From positions 440 to 64,439 of the IMG/VR virus record IMGVR_UViG_3300037418_001071: a stretch of DNA of 64,000 nucleotides; one strand, written 5' to 3'. Numbering within the stretch: the stretch's first letter is position 1; each line of letters begins with the position of its first letter. Of the stretch, positions 1 to 8,462 are shown one piece after another. The DNA comes from a virus (taxonomy: Duplodnaviria; Caudoviricetes). The position numbers were made by a program, and so were the translations under genes. The notes beneath the pieces were generated by a model that made no database searches, was not told the origin of the DNA, and saw only the letters and a list, made by a program, of their open reading frames with translations.

Positions 1-178
1 AAGACGGAAACCGTATTGCTTGCAGCAATTCGCGACGGCCTTTTCGTCTACAAAGTGAGCGATGTGTGGCGGCACCGGACCGGCATTGTTACCCGTACGG
101 CGAACTCGTTGATTGAAAAAGATGTGGTCCGAATCGAACATGGCCAATATGTCCATCTTAAATCAAAGGAGCCAAGCA

Positions 179-1054
179 ATGGCTAAACAACCGAATATGG
201 ACGCAGAGCGCGCGGCGTTTGAAAGCGTAATGCCGGAAGCCTATCCACGCTGCCGGAACATGCCCGATAAATCCTATAACAGCCCTCAACTATATGAGCG
301 TTGGATTGGATGGCAAGCATGTGTCGAATACCATTCCCTCCGTGCCGCCCCTATGGGGGAAGAACTGCCGGCGCTGCTCGATCAGGTTGCCGACGACATC
401 GAGCCTGTCGCTGCATTTACTCCGAATGGACGTGCGGTCAAGTGGCACCCAAGTTATCAGGCGAGCGAAGGTTACACGACGCTCTACACCGCCGAGCAGG
501 TACGTCAGGCCCAGATGGACGCCATTGCCCCGTATGCCGAGCGTATCCGCCAGCTTGAGCGCGAGCTGGCAGAACGTCGCCCGCGCGTTGCACTCGACCC
601 GGAACTCAAGGCAGCGCTGGAGGAAGCCGCCAAAACGCGCTCTACGGTTGCGCTTCTGCCGGACGGCGAGCCAGTATTCATCAACTACGGCGACCAGCCC
701 GAGGATACGTCAGACCTATGCTGTACAGCCTGCGGCGGCTCGGGCCATATCGACGACCAAAAGGGCATCGCTAGTCGCGTGGCTCCCGCAGCGGGAACGG
801 AGAAGGATGCGGAGTGGATCAGCGTGAATGATCGGTTGCCGCCGGCGGGCGCGCGTGTTCTGGTATCGCGCTACGCAGGTCGCGTGAATGGTCCAGAGCA
901 TCCAGGCTATCCGGGCGTGCCGTGGGTGGAAGTGTCGAGCATGTATCAGGATGCCGGATTCGTGTGCGATCTCGTCACGACTGGCTACGTGACGCACTGG
1001 AAGCCCGTCGAAGCAGCTGCCATCGAAGCCGGGGCGCCATCATGTGGCTCATGA
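179..1054 (+). CDS. Mosaic early protein with C-terminal DUF551-like domain
   Basis: RBS AAGGAG before ATG179 (the track ORF starts at 113); C-terminal WISVNDRLP...VTHWKP is DUF551-like; internal CxxC (CTACGGSG). Confidence 0.6.
   Translation: MAKQPNMDAERAAFESVMPEAYPRCRNMPDKSYNSPQLYERWIGWQACVEYHSLRAAPMGEELPALLDQVADDIEPVAAFTPNGRAVKWHPSYQASEGYTTLYTAEQVRQAQMDAIAPYAERIRQLERELAERRPRVALDPELKAALEEAAKTRSTVALLPDGEPVFINYGDQPEDTSDLCCTACGGSGHIDDQKGIASRVAPAAGTEKDAEWISVNDRLPPAGARVLVSRYAGRVNGPEHPGYPGVPWVEVSSMYQDAGFVCDLVTTGYVTHWKPVEAAAIEAGAPSCGS
345..471 (+). repeat. 127-bp direct repeat, identical to 63874-64000
   Basis: Base-by-base identity from ccgcccctatggggga to cgagcgaagg; upstream flanks differ. 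Confidence 0.95.
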
Positions 1055-1105
1055 CGATCTACCGCCTGATGTGGGAGATGTGATTTTCAAGATAGGAGAT
1101 AGTAC

Positions 1106-1294
1106 ATGCCGGAAACGATGAAGGAACGCGGACCAGACCGACGAAAAGGTGTGTCTTCACACTTCAGCAGCCCGGTCAATGACCGGCGCCGGCCAGGCTA
1201 CGAACGCCGCAACAGAACCAGCGTGCTGCCCATGCCGCTGGAAATGGCACTCCGCGGCGACAAGCGCAGGTTTGAAGAATCGGGAATGGAATAG
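1106..1294 (+). CDS. Small hypothetical protein (DRR-motif rich)
   Basis: RBS GGAGA; lies in line between the DUF551 gene and xis. Confidence 0.5.
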   Translation: MPETMKERGPDRRKGVSSHFSSPVNDRRRPGYERRNRTSVLPMPLEMALRGDKRRFEESGME

Positions 1295-1304
1295 GAGAAC
1301 GAAT

Positions 1305-1484
1305 ATGGAACAACTGCTTTATCGAGTCAGCACCGCAATGAAGCGCCTGGACGTTTGCCGCGCGACGATCTACCGCATGGCCGCCCGCGGCGAACTGGAA
1401 CTGGTGCGGATCGGCCAGCGCGCCACCCGCATCACGGCCGAGAGCATCGAGCGCGCGATTGCCGCCGGCAAGGTAAAAAGCTGA
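1305..1484 (+). CDS. xis: Excisionase / AlpA-like HTH recombination directionality factor
   Basis: RBS AGGAGA, ATG1305; LDVCRATIYRMAARGEL wHTH signature; directly upstream of attP/int. Confidence 0.8.
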   Translation: MEQLLYRVSTAMKRLDVCRATIYRMAARGELELVRIGQRATRITAESIERAIAAGKVKS

Positions 1485-1527
1485 TCGGCTATTATTGCGC
1501 ATTGTTGTATCTTTCTGACTCATCCGC

Positions 1528-1801
1528 AATTTGTAGCCAGATTTGTAGCTAGCACGCTTTTCGGATGAGGTAGACGCCTTGAAACCCGCATGGATAGTGA
1601 GTTTTAGGAAAAATATGAAGATTGCCACCTTCAATCATCATTGGTCACTCTTGTAGTTTCTTCTGACTACGCCACCCAGCAGTTTCCCCCTATGGCGCGC
1701 CAATTTAATGTATCTTTCGTATCTTATTGGACGCCATTGGCGCGGTCCGAATTTGTAGCCAGATTTGTAGCTAGCTACGCCGGCCACGTCTAACTACAAA
1801 T
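1528..1801. other. attP-like region with integrase arm-type repeats
   Basis: 26-bp direct repeat AATTTGTAGCCAGATTTGTAGCTAGC at 1528-1553 and 1750-1775, each with tandem ATTTGTAGC; inverted copy CTACAAAT near 1794-1801; lies between xis and int. Confidence 0.75.
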
Positions 1802-1812
1802 CGGAGGGAGCG

Positions 1813-3063
1813 ATGGCGAAGCGCGGAATCAACCTGCTCAGTGACATCCAGATCCGCCGGTGGATAGCGGCCGGCGAACCCGTCGCAAAGTCCGATGGTG
1901 GCGGCCTTACGTTCACCCTTTCCAAGGCCGGGACGGCGTCATGGATTCTTCGCTACATGCGCGAGGGTCGCGCCCGGGAATTGACGATCGGGAACTACCC
2001 GGATATCAGCCTGGCCGGGGCCCGCAAGATGGCGAGCGAACACCGCGTCGCCGTCGACAAGGGGCAAGACCCCGCGGCAGAAAAGCGCGCCGAGCGCCTG
2101 AAACTGCGTGGGACGTGGACGGTGCGCAAGCTGGCGGAGGATTTGACGGCGAAGGTGCTCGACGCCGGCAAATTGGCGCCGGGGACCGTCAAAGCGAAGA
2201 AGTGGGATTTGCAAAACGTGATCCTGCCGAAGCTCGGCCCTCTCGAGGTTCAGGCTGTCATCGCTGAGGACATTGTCAGCATGCTCGAGCGCTCCGGCCG
2301 CAGCTGGGTCATGCAGAAGCGGATTCTGAGTACAACCGTGCAACTGTTCGATCACGCTATCGGCCGACAGTTGATCAAGATCAGCCCAGAATCCGGGATC
2401 AAACTGGCGGCTTTGATGGGGCCTCGCCCACCAATACGCAAGCGCGTCATGCTGCAGGAGGATGAGTTGCGCCGGCTGCTGTCGTCCATTGGCGATCTCG
2501 GCGAAGAGAACGGGCTGGCCCTAAAGATCATGCTGGCGACATGCGTCCGTACTGTTGAGCTGGTCAAGGCGCGATGGGAGCACATCGACTTCGACCGCGG
2601 CACCTGGTTCGTGCCCGATGAATCCGTGAAGACGCGGGTAGGCTTTCTGGTTCCGATCACACCCACCGTAGCGGGATGGTTCAGGGAACTGGAGCGCCTC
2701 GCCGGCGGCTCGCCATGGGTCTTGCCAGCCAGGGATGACCGCCGCGTTGGCCAGCATGTGGGAAGGTCGACCCTATCGGCCGCCCTGTATCGCGCGTTCG
2801 AGCGCGGAGCTTTGCAGACACGGAAATTCACGCCTCACGACACCCGCAGCACCGCGAAAGGTCACATGCGCAACCTCGGCGTGTCGCGTGAAATTTCGGA
2901 GATCGCGCTGAATCACACCCTCAAGGGCATGGAGGCGGTCTACGACGTCCGCGACGAAATCCCGGAACGGCGCCAGGCGCTTGAATTGTGGGCGTCATTC
3001 CTGGTCGCGTGCGAGAAGGGCGAACCGTGGAATGTGGTTCCGATAACGAGATCTGCAGCATAG
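1813..3063 (+). CDS. int: Tyrosine integrase, P4-like with N-terminal arm-binding domain
   Basis: DGGGLTF...W..RY arm-binding N-terminus; catalytic R (RTVEL), HDTR, LNH and Y (AVY). Confidence 0.95.
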   Translation: MAKRGINLLSDIQIRRWIAAGEPVAKSDGGGLTFTLSKAGTASWILRYMREGRARELTIGNYPDISLAGARKMASEHRVAVDKGQDPAAEKRAERLKLRGTWTVRKLAEDLTAKVLDAGKLAPGTVKAKKWDLQNVILPKLGPLEVQAVIAEDIVSMLERSGRSWVMQKRILSTTVQLFDHAIGRQLIKISPESGIKLAALMGPRPPIRKRVMLQEDELRRLLSSIGDLGEENGLALKIMLATCVRTVELVKARWEHIDFDRGTWFVPDESVKTRVGFLVPITPTVAGWFRELERLAGGSPWVLPARDDRRVGQHVGRSTLSAALYRAFERGALQTRKFTPHDTRSTAKGHMRNLGVSREISEIALNHTLKGMEAVYDVRDEIPERRQALELWASFLVACEKGEPWNVVPITRSAA

Positions 3064-3159
3064 GCGCCCTGTCGTGACAATTGGCGAGTCTTTTGCCAGA
3101 TTGGCAGCGTATCATTCCTGAGCGAAACGGCGCGCGCAGATACCAAACATGGGGATGCA

Positions 3160-4077
3160 GTGGGATTATTTTTGAAGCGGAAACCCCGAGATGACGACGC
3201 TCTTGTAATCGAGTTGCCGGTCATCTTTAAGCGGGACACGATGTATTGGCTCATCCGGAATTTGTTCCGCGGGCTACAAGATCGTCCCAAGACCATAGCT
3301 CTCGACTTTGGCAAGCTTGAGAAGATCCAAGTTGGCGGCATTACGACGCTGAGCAACATTATCGAGCTATGCCGAACCAGGGGTATCAAAACCGTATTTC
3401 GTAATGCTGGCGCATGCGAGGCTGTAGAGTTCCTGCAAGGCTCCGGACTCCTGACGCTGTATCAGGCGACACCCGCTGACCCGAAGGCCCGCACCAGCTT
3501 TCTGCCGCTTCAATTGGTAGAGTACGACAAGAGCTTCAATCATGTGGCGAACCAGCTTATCCCATGGTTGGCGAATATCCTGGGTCATGACGAGCGAGCG
3601 TTGACGTCACTCAAAGCGGGGCTAGCGGAAGTCTTCAACAATATCAAAGACCATTCTACTGTCAACGTCGGATGCAGTGCATCACACTATGACTCGTCCG
3701 AGGACCTCATCACTATCTGCGTCGCTGACTTTGGCATCGGGATACCCGGCAGGGTACGGCAAAAGATCCAACTCGCCAGCGATCAAGCAGCCATCGCAAT
3801 GGCATGCCAGCACGGGTTCTCGACAAAAACTACCCCGCGCAATCGTGGCGCCGGCCTTCACGTTTTGATACAAAATATTGTAGCGAGGAACCATGGCACA
3901 GTTATCATTTGCTCAGGCCAAGGGATCTACTCGAACGTCTACAACGCCGAAGGCCCTCTCAAGGGTACGGGCAGACCAGCGCCAGGACAGTATCCTGGAA
4001 CTATGATATATATGATCTTGCCGAAGTCAGAATTTGTGCCAGACGACATAGATGAAGAGGAATTCCAATGGGACTGA
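3160..4077 (+). CDS. STAS-like domain fused to GHKL/HATPase_c (anti-sigma kinase-like) domain
   Basis: N-terminal IALDFGKLEKIQVGGITTL (STAS-like); EVFNNIKDH (N box), DFGIGI (G1), GFSTK, RGAGL (G2). Confidence 0.8.
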   Translation: MGLFLKRKPRDDDALVIELPVIFKRDTMYWLIRNLFRGLQDRPKTIALDFGKLEKIQVGGITTLSNIIELCRTRGIKTVFRNAGACEAVEFLQGSGLLTLYQATPADPKARTSFLPLQLVEYDKSFNHVANQLIPWLANILGHDERALTSLKAGLAEVFNNIKDHSTVNVGCSASHYDSSEDLITICVADFGIGIPGRVRQKIQLASDQAAIAMACQHGFSTKTTPRNRGAGLHVLIQNIVARNHGTVIICSGQGIYSNVYNAEGPLKGTGRPAPGQYPGTMIYMILPKSEFVPDDIDEEEFQWD

Positions 4078-4370
4078 TACGGGTGCTTGACCATGTTGAG
4101 CGCTGCTATAACGCCAACGATGGTCAGATTATTCATGACGTCATTGAACAGCAGTTGCGGAGTAGCGACAGTGTCACCCTTTCCTTCGACGGCGTTGACT
4201 CCGTGCCGTCGTCGTTCGTGAACGTGGCCCTGATCAGTTTCCTCGACCAATACGAATTCGACGAGATCAAGCGGAAGCTGCGATTCGTGAAGACGAGTTC
4301 GCAGATTAATGAAATGATTCGGACTCGCTTCTCGTTCGAAGCAAAGCGCAAAGCCGGCGCAGTTCACTAG
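4068..4370 (+). CDS. STAS-like protein (DUF4325-like)
   Basis: NANDGQII...VTLSFDGVDSVPSSFVNVAL pattern; overlaps the upstream gene by 10 bp. Confidence 0.8.
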   Translation: MGLIRVLDHVERCYNANDGQIIHDVIEQQLRSSDSVTLSFDGVDSVPSSFVNVALISFLDQYEFDEIKRKLRFVKTSSQINEMIRTRFSFEAKRKAGAVH

Positions 4371-4394
4371 CGCACGCTGCTCTCACGACGACCT

Positions 4395-4417
4395 GCCCGC
4401 CGCGTGCGGGCTTTTTT
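4395..4417 (+). terminator. Rho-independent terminator after STAS cassette
   Basis: GCCCGC-CGCGT-GCGGGC followed by T6. Confidence 0.8.
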
Positions 4418-4515
4418 ACGCCCATGGCGCCGGCTTACGTGCGCGGTAGCGCCTGGCCCGGCGCGGCACGAAGCCGGGGACAGCGCCGTGCCATTAAAGG
4501 CTCCGCCCTTCCCGG

Positions 4516-4806
4516 CTAAGTCCCGATGATCCTGATAGACCACTCCTGCACGTACTCGGCCCCGTCGTCTGCTCGCTCCGTGCCGTAAAAGAGCATGCCC
4601 GTCGCCGTCATCGTGATCAGTTGGGCGTTTTGAAGCTCCGGGATGAGCGGTCTCCTCTGCTGGTCGTTCGGATCGTATATCTTGGCCTCCGGCCGGAAGC
4701 CAACGATCGCCACCGCCAGTTCACCGCGCACACCTGGGCTGGCCGAAATATCTCGGTTGTGAAGACGGCGGCCGCGCTCACGAAGTCTTTTGACAATACT
4801 GTGCAT
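4516..4806 (-). CDS. Hypothetical protein, start codon inside the SOS box
   Basis: 96-aa ORF diverging from the DUF2471-like gene. Confidence 0.6.
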   Translation of the reverse strand: MHSIVKRLRERGRRLHNRDISASPGVRGELAVAIVGFRPEAKIYDPNDQQRRPLIPELQNAQLITMTATGMLFYGTERADDGAEYVQEWSIRIIGT

Positions 4807-4820
4807 TTGAACAGTATAAT
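4790..4820 (+). promoter_or_regulatory. LexA (SOS) box within a sigma70 promoter
   Basis: TACTGTGCATTTGAACAGTA (4797-4816) fits CTGT-N8-ACAG; TTGACA 4790-4795 and TATAAT 4815-4820 (19-bp spacer). Confidence 0.85.
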
Positions 4821-4853
4821 GCGGCTCACCGACCGTATAAAGCGGAGATCGAC

Positions 4854-5159
4854 ATGGACGAGGATGACTGGGATGACCTGGCGGCGGCGGACGAGGCGGC
4901 GAAGCGTGCCGTGCCGGCCGTCGTCATGCGCTACAGGGAATCCAGCGCTCTGACCTGGGCGCTGATGCATCGGATGGAATCGGAGGTGCTGGCCGAGCTG
5001 GAGGCGAGCGGCGAGCATCCGGAATTCGCGCTCAACATGATCCGGTCTGCGCCGGTGCTTGGCTATCCCCGCGATGATCGGCCGGCGTCGTTTGGCGGCG
5101 CGGCAGTCGTGCCGATCATCTTCAGGCAGATTGAGAAAGTCTGGAATACGGTTCACTGA
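4854..5159 (+). CDS. DUF2471-like protein
   Basis: RBS GGAGA; LTWALMHRMESEVL...GYPRDDRPASFG..VVPIIF resembles Burkholderiales DUF2471. Confidence 0.6.
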   Translation: MDEDDWDDLAAADEAAKRAVPAVVMRYRESSALTWALMHRMESEVLAELEASGEHPEFALNMIRSAPVLGYPRDDRPASFGGAAVVPIIFRQIEKVWNTVH

Positions 5160-5211
5160 GACGCGTGTGCGTCGTCAATGATCATTCGCTGTGTGCGATT
5201 ATGCTGGCGAG

Positions 5212-5409
5212 ATGACAGAACGCACTGATCTTGTCACCGCTAGCCGGGTCGACGCTACCCTCATCCTGTTGCCGCTCATTGGGTGGCTGGAGGCGTCATG
5301 CACGCTTGCGGTCAACAGCGTGCCGGCCGACGTCGCGGCCCGCGTGCTGACCCTGCCGATGGCACGGCGTCAGATCGACCTCATGCCACTTGCAGCATTT
5401 CCGGTGTGA
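5212..5409 (+). CDS. Small hypothetical protein
   Basis: 65-aa ORF downstream of the DUF2471-like gene. Confidence 0.4.
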   Translation: MTERTDLVTASRVDATLILLPLIGWLEASCTLAVNSVPADVAARVLTLPMARRQIDLMPLAAFPV

Positions 5410-6556
5410 TCGTCAGACGCGCCACTTCACCATATTCCTCGTGATAGGTGATCGCGATAGCCTGCCGCTCCGAGAACCATCCGCCGCGGGATGCGTGAGC
5501 GTCACGGGCTGCCAGGGTCGAGTGCTGGATGACTTTCATGCCCGAGTGCTCCTTCTCCTCAACATGATGTCTGTGGCCGCAATGGGCGTATCTTTTGGTC
5601 GTCTCGCCCCACATCTGGGCGTGCGCGGTCGCGAAGTAAAGTGGAAGCTGCGGCGGCGCCTTTTTGTGACCGTGATGAAACCCGAGCATGACCTTGCCGT
5701 GCTGGACGACGTAATACGGCAACACGGCATCGTTAACCTTCACACGCGGCTCGTTCTCGTAGAGGATGCCGAATACTTCAGGCAGGACGTTCCCGCTGGT
5801 GTATTCGTCGTGGTTACCCTCCCCGCACACGACATGCACCTCGTCGTGCCTTTCGAGCACCATGCGGATGATCGTGCGCATGATCCGGACCACTGCACTG
5901 ATGATCTTGCGCGGCCGGCTGTCAGCGTCGAGCAAATGCCCGTGGGCCGGCGTAATGGATTTGTTCGAATCCTGGTGGACCACGTCGCCGAGGAACGTTA
6001 CCACGGCGCGGCGTGCCTTCGGCGCGGTGGCAATCATGTGGCTGAAGGCGCCGATGATGGTTTTCTCGGCGATCGACAGATCCCAATCAGCGCCGCCTTC
6101 GCGGTGCCACGCGAGCGCACCGACGTGAGCATCGGTCAACACGAAGAGGTTGCACAGCCTTGAATCGGCATGCCCCGGCCCCTTGGTTGCCCTTACGCGC
6201 GGAAGCGTCTCTTTCGCCTCATCAATAGTCGCCCTGATCGCCTCCATCCATGCCTGCTGATCAGGATGCTGCCGCTCCCAGCGCCTTTCGACGCCGCTAG
6301 GACCGCGCTGTACGGTGACTTCGCCCATCAGGTAGCCGGGAGCGACGCCATCGGCGAAGTGTCCCGGCGCATACCCTTGGCGCGCCGCCACCTTGGCGAT
6401 GCGATCGAGCGCGGCACAGATCGTGCCTTTGCTAACACCCAGCGCGCGCGATGCCGGCCGAATGCCCCTATGCTCGATCACGGCATCCAGATAGAGCGCC
6501 TGCTGGGGCGTAGCGTATTGGCGCAGTTGCGGATCGTACTTGCGTGCTTCGGACAT
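5381..6556 (-). CDS. HTH plus calcineurin-like metallophosphoesterase
   Basis: RBS GAGGTG before MSEARK; motifs DAHVG, GDVVH, GNHD, HHGH, GHRHH; N-terminal helix-turn-helix. Confidence 0.85.
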   Translation of the reverse strand: MSEARKYDPQLRQYATPQQALYLDAVIEHRGIRPASRALGVSKGTICAALDRIAKVAARQGYAPGHFADGVAPGYLMGEVTVQRGPSGVERRWERQHPDQQAWMEAIRATIDEAKETLPRVRATKGPGHADSRLCNLFVLTDAHVGALAWHREGGADWDLSIAEKTIIGAFSHMIATAPKARRAVVTFLGDVVHQDSNKSITPAHGHLLDADSRPRKIISAVVRIMRTIIRMVLERHDEVHVVCGEGNHDEYTSGNVLPEVFGILYENEPRVKVNDAVLPYYVVQHGKVMLGFHHGHKKAPPQLPLYFATAHAQMWGETTKRYAHCGHRHHVEEKEHSGMKVIQHSTLAARDAHASRGGWFSERQAIAITYHEEYGEVARLTITPEMLQVA

Positions 6557-6563
6557 GATCACC

Positions 6564-6734
6564 TCATGAGTTGACGCGTGCCTGCACCAGGGCGAGCAAT
6601 TCCACATCGTTGGCTGTAGCGCGGATATCGTCGGCCCATATGGGCACCGAGCCGCGAGTGTTGGTCTTGACGACGTAGAAGAGCGCGCCAGGCTCGGAAG
6701 CGAAGGCGCGCATCTTCTGCAGCAGTTCGTCCAT
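6564..6734 (-). CDS. Small hypothetical protein
   Basis: 56-aa ORF (MDELLQKMRAF...) translated by hand; fills the gap between Rz and the phosphoesterase. Confidence 0.45.
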   Translation of the reverse strand: MDELLQKMRAFASEPGALFYVVKTNTRGSVPIWADDIRATANDVELLALVQARVNS

Positions 6735-6736
6735 GG

Positions 6737-7249
6737 CTATCTCGAAGGCGCGTCACCCTGCGCGTTCTTGGGCCACGCTTCGATCAGGGTGCGCTTCTCC
6801 GAATTCAGTCGCTCAGCTTCTTCAGCCACTTCTCGGCGTCGTCCTGAGCACTCTTCAAGAAGCTGCCCGTAGGTACTGGCGAGCGCACGTAGGGCATCGG
6901 CGGAATAGTCGGGCACTGTGCGGTTGATCTTGGCGATGGCGTCGCGCAGGCCGCCAGTAGCAGCAGCGGAACTAGCAGCCAGGCTGCGGATAGTCTCTTC
7001 ACGTTTGGCTCCTTCAGTTGCAGCGGCTTCGCGCTGGGCGCGCCACGCCTCGGTGACGGCCCGCGCGGCTTCCTTGTCCTTGGCGATCTGGCGATCCCAC
7101 TCGGCACGCACTTCCTGCCGACCAATCTCGCGCTCGTGCTCAAGGAACTGATGAATGCTCGCTACGGCGCCCACTGCCAAGGCACCGATCACGATGATTT
7201 CGAATAGCAGTTTGTAGGGCGCGAGCCGCAGGAGTAAGGCGGCGATCAT
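6737..7249 (-). CDS. rz: Rz-like inner-membrane spanin
   Basis: N-terminal TM helix then Ala/Arg/Glu-rich coiled coil; downstream of endolysin; hosts an embedded lipoprotein ORF. Confidence 0.8.
   Translation of the reverse strand: MIAALLLRLAPYKLLFEIIVIGALAVGAVASIHQFLEHEREIGRQEVRAEWDRQIAKDKEAARAVTEAWRAQREAAATEGAKREETIRSLAASSAAATGGLRDAIAKINRTVPDYSADALRALASTYGQLLEECSGRRREVAEEAERLNSEKRTLIEAWPKNAQGDAPSR
6805..7002 (-). CDS. rz1: Rz1-like outer-membrane spanin lipoprotein
   Basis: GTG start; lipobox LLLAAC; Pro-rich; nested in Rz in another frame. Confidence 0.8.
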   Translation of the reverse strand: MKRLSAAWLLVPLLLLAACATPSPRSTAQCPTIPPMPYVRSPVPTGSFLKSAQDDAEKWLKKLSD

Positions 7250-7356
7250 CCGCGCCACCTGTCAGCCATCAGCGTGGCCGCGGCGTAGATGACGATGATG
7301 CCGGCGGTGACGGCGCCGGCCGCTACACCAAGGAAGAATGCGCGGGCGATAGTCAT
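7246..7356 (-). CDS. Small membrane protein in lysis cassette
   Basis: 36 aa with one TM helix; ATGA overlaps on both sides. Confidence 0.5.
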   Translation of the reverse strand: MTIARAFFLGVAAGAVTAGIIVIYAAATLMADRWRG

Positions 7357-7589
7357 TGCGACGTGTCCTTTTTCATGCCCAGCGCCACGCCCAGCGCTGT
7401 CAGTGTCGCTCCCATGCCCAAGCCGTATGCCTGAAAGTCGAAATGCGCGTGCTGCACAACGACGTCCCACAGGGCTAACACGTTGCCCTGCAATGTGGCC
7501 CCTACGCCCATCACGCGGACCACGCAGACGGTGCGTCCATCGGGTTCCGTGAAGATGTCTCGAAGCTGCTTCTTGATCCAGTTCAGCAT
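7353..7589 (-). CDS. Putative holin
   Basis: 78 aa with two hydrophobic segments and a basic C-terminus; right after endolysin. Confidence 0.55.
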   Translation of the reverse strand: MLNWIKKQLRDIFTEPDGRTVCVVRVMGVGATLQGNVLALWDVVVQHAHFDFQAYGLGMGATLTALGVALGMKKDTSQ

Positions 7590-8056
7590 TGCAGATTCCC
7601 TCCTGCCTTGACGAAGACCCGGCGCAGGTCTGCCAGGTCGTTGGTGTGCTGCCCATAGGGCGAGCCCGGGAGAGACGCCCAACAGCTCGAGCACTTCGCA
7701 ATAGCGGCAACGAAGCGCCCAGCCTCAATGTCAGCCAACGCACCGCGCTCGCGGATCTGCTGCACGGCGATCGCGTCCTGGCTCGCAGGCGAGAAATCGC
7801 GCAGGCCAAGCTGCTTCTTGTAGGCGTCGAAGTAGCGCGCGAGCAGCTGATAGCGGCCGGCGGCGGTCGACTTGATGCCGAGCCGGGGCAGATCGATCAG
7901 TTGGCGCGGGTGGTCGACGTAGCTCGAAAAAAGGCGTGGATGGTCTGGCGTACTTCCGACTAGCACATTGAACCCGTTGTCCGATACCACCAGTAGCCGC
8001 GCCCCCAGTTCGCTCGTGGCGATCACGTCGAGAAAGGCTTTCAAATTCGGCGACAT
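7583..8056 (-). CDS. Endolysin, lambda R-like lytic transglycosylase
   Basis: AFLDVIATSE...STAAGRYQLL...FSPASQD...WASLPG motifs. Confidence 0.9.
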   Translation of the reverse strand: MSPNLKAFLDVIATSELGARLLVVSDNGFNVLVGSTPDHPRLFSSYVDHPRQLIDLPRLGIKSTAAGRYQLLARYFDAYKKQLGLRDFSPASQDAIAVQQIRERGALADIEAGRFVAAIAKCSSCWASLPGSPYGQHTNDLADLRRVFVKAGGNLQC

Positions 8057-8059
8057 ACC

Positions 8060-8320
8060 CTACCCCTTGAAGAAATGCTGCGCGATCCACGTAACGAGGC
8101 CGCCGACTGTGGAGGCCGCGCCTCCAACGACCATCAGCGTTTTCCAGCCGCCCCTTGCCTCGGAAAGAGTAAGCAGCACCTGATCGAGCTTTTCGGTCAG
8201 TTGCTGGTTGCTCTCTTCAAGGCGAGCCGTGCTGGCCGAAAGGTGGGCGACTTGAACTTCGAGCCGGGTAATGTCGATGCGGGCCTGTGTCAGCGCCTCG
8301 GATTGGTTGATGTCGGTCAC
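8060..8320 (-). CDS. Holin/antiholin-like membrane protein (coiled coil plus C-terminal TM)
   Basis: XhlA-like layout; first gene of the lysis cassette. Confidence 0.55.
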   Translation of the reverse strand: MTDINQSEALTQARIDITRLEVQVAHLSASTARLEESNQQLTEKLDQVLLTLSEARGGWKTLMVVGGAASTVGGLVTWIAQHFFKG

Positions 8321-8331
8321 GGTGAGCCCGT

Positions 8332-8354
8332 AAAAAAACCCGCGCGCGGCGGGC
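8332..8354 (-). terminator. Terminator upstream of lysis genes
   Basis: Minus strand CCCGC-CGCGC-GCGGG then T7. Confidence 0.65.
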
Positions 8355-8462
8355 TGGGTTGATGAGAGCTGCGGTTGAAAAATAAATGCAGCCGAAGCTG
8401 ACGATTAGAATTACAATTTATACAACTGACAGATAGCCGTTCCATAGTCTGCATACTTACCT

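Noticed and set aside
1-471. Simple circular permutation or terminal redundancy explaining the end repeat
   Set aside because: Positions 1-344 do not match 63530-63873
5390-6163. 257-aa plus-strand ORF
   Set aside because: Antisense to the metallophosphoesterase, which has clear motifs
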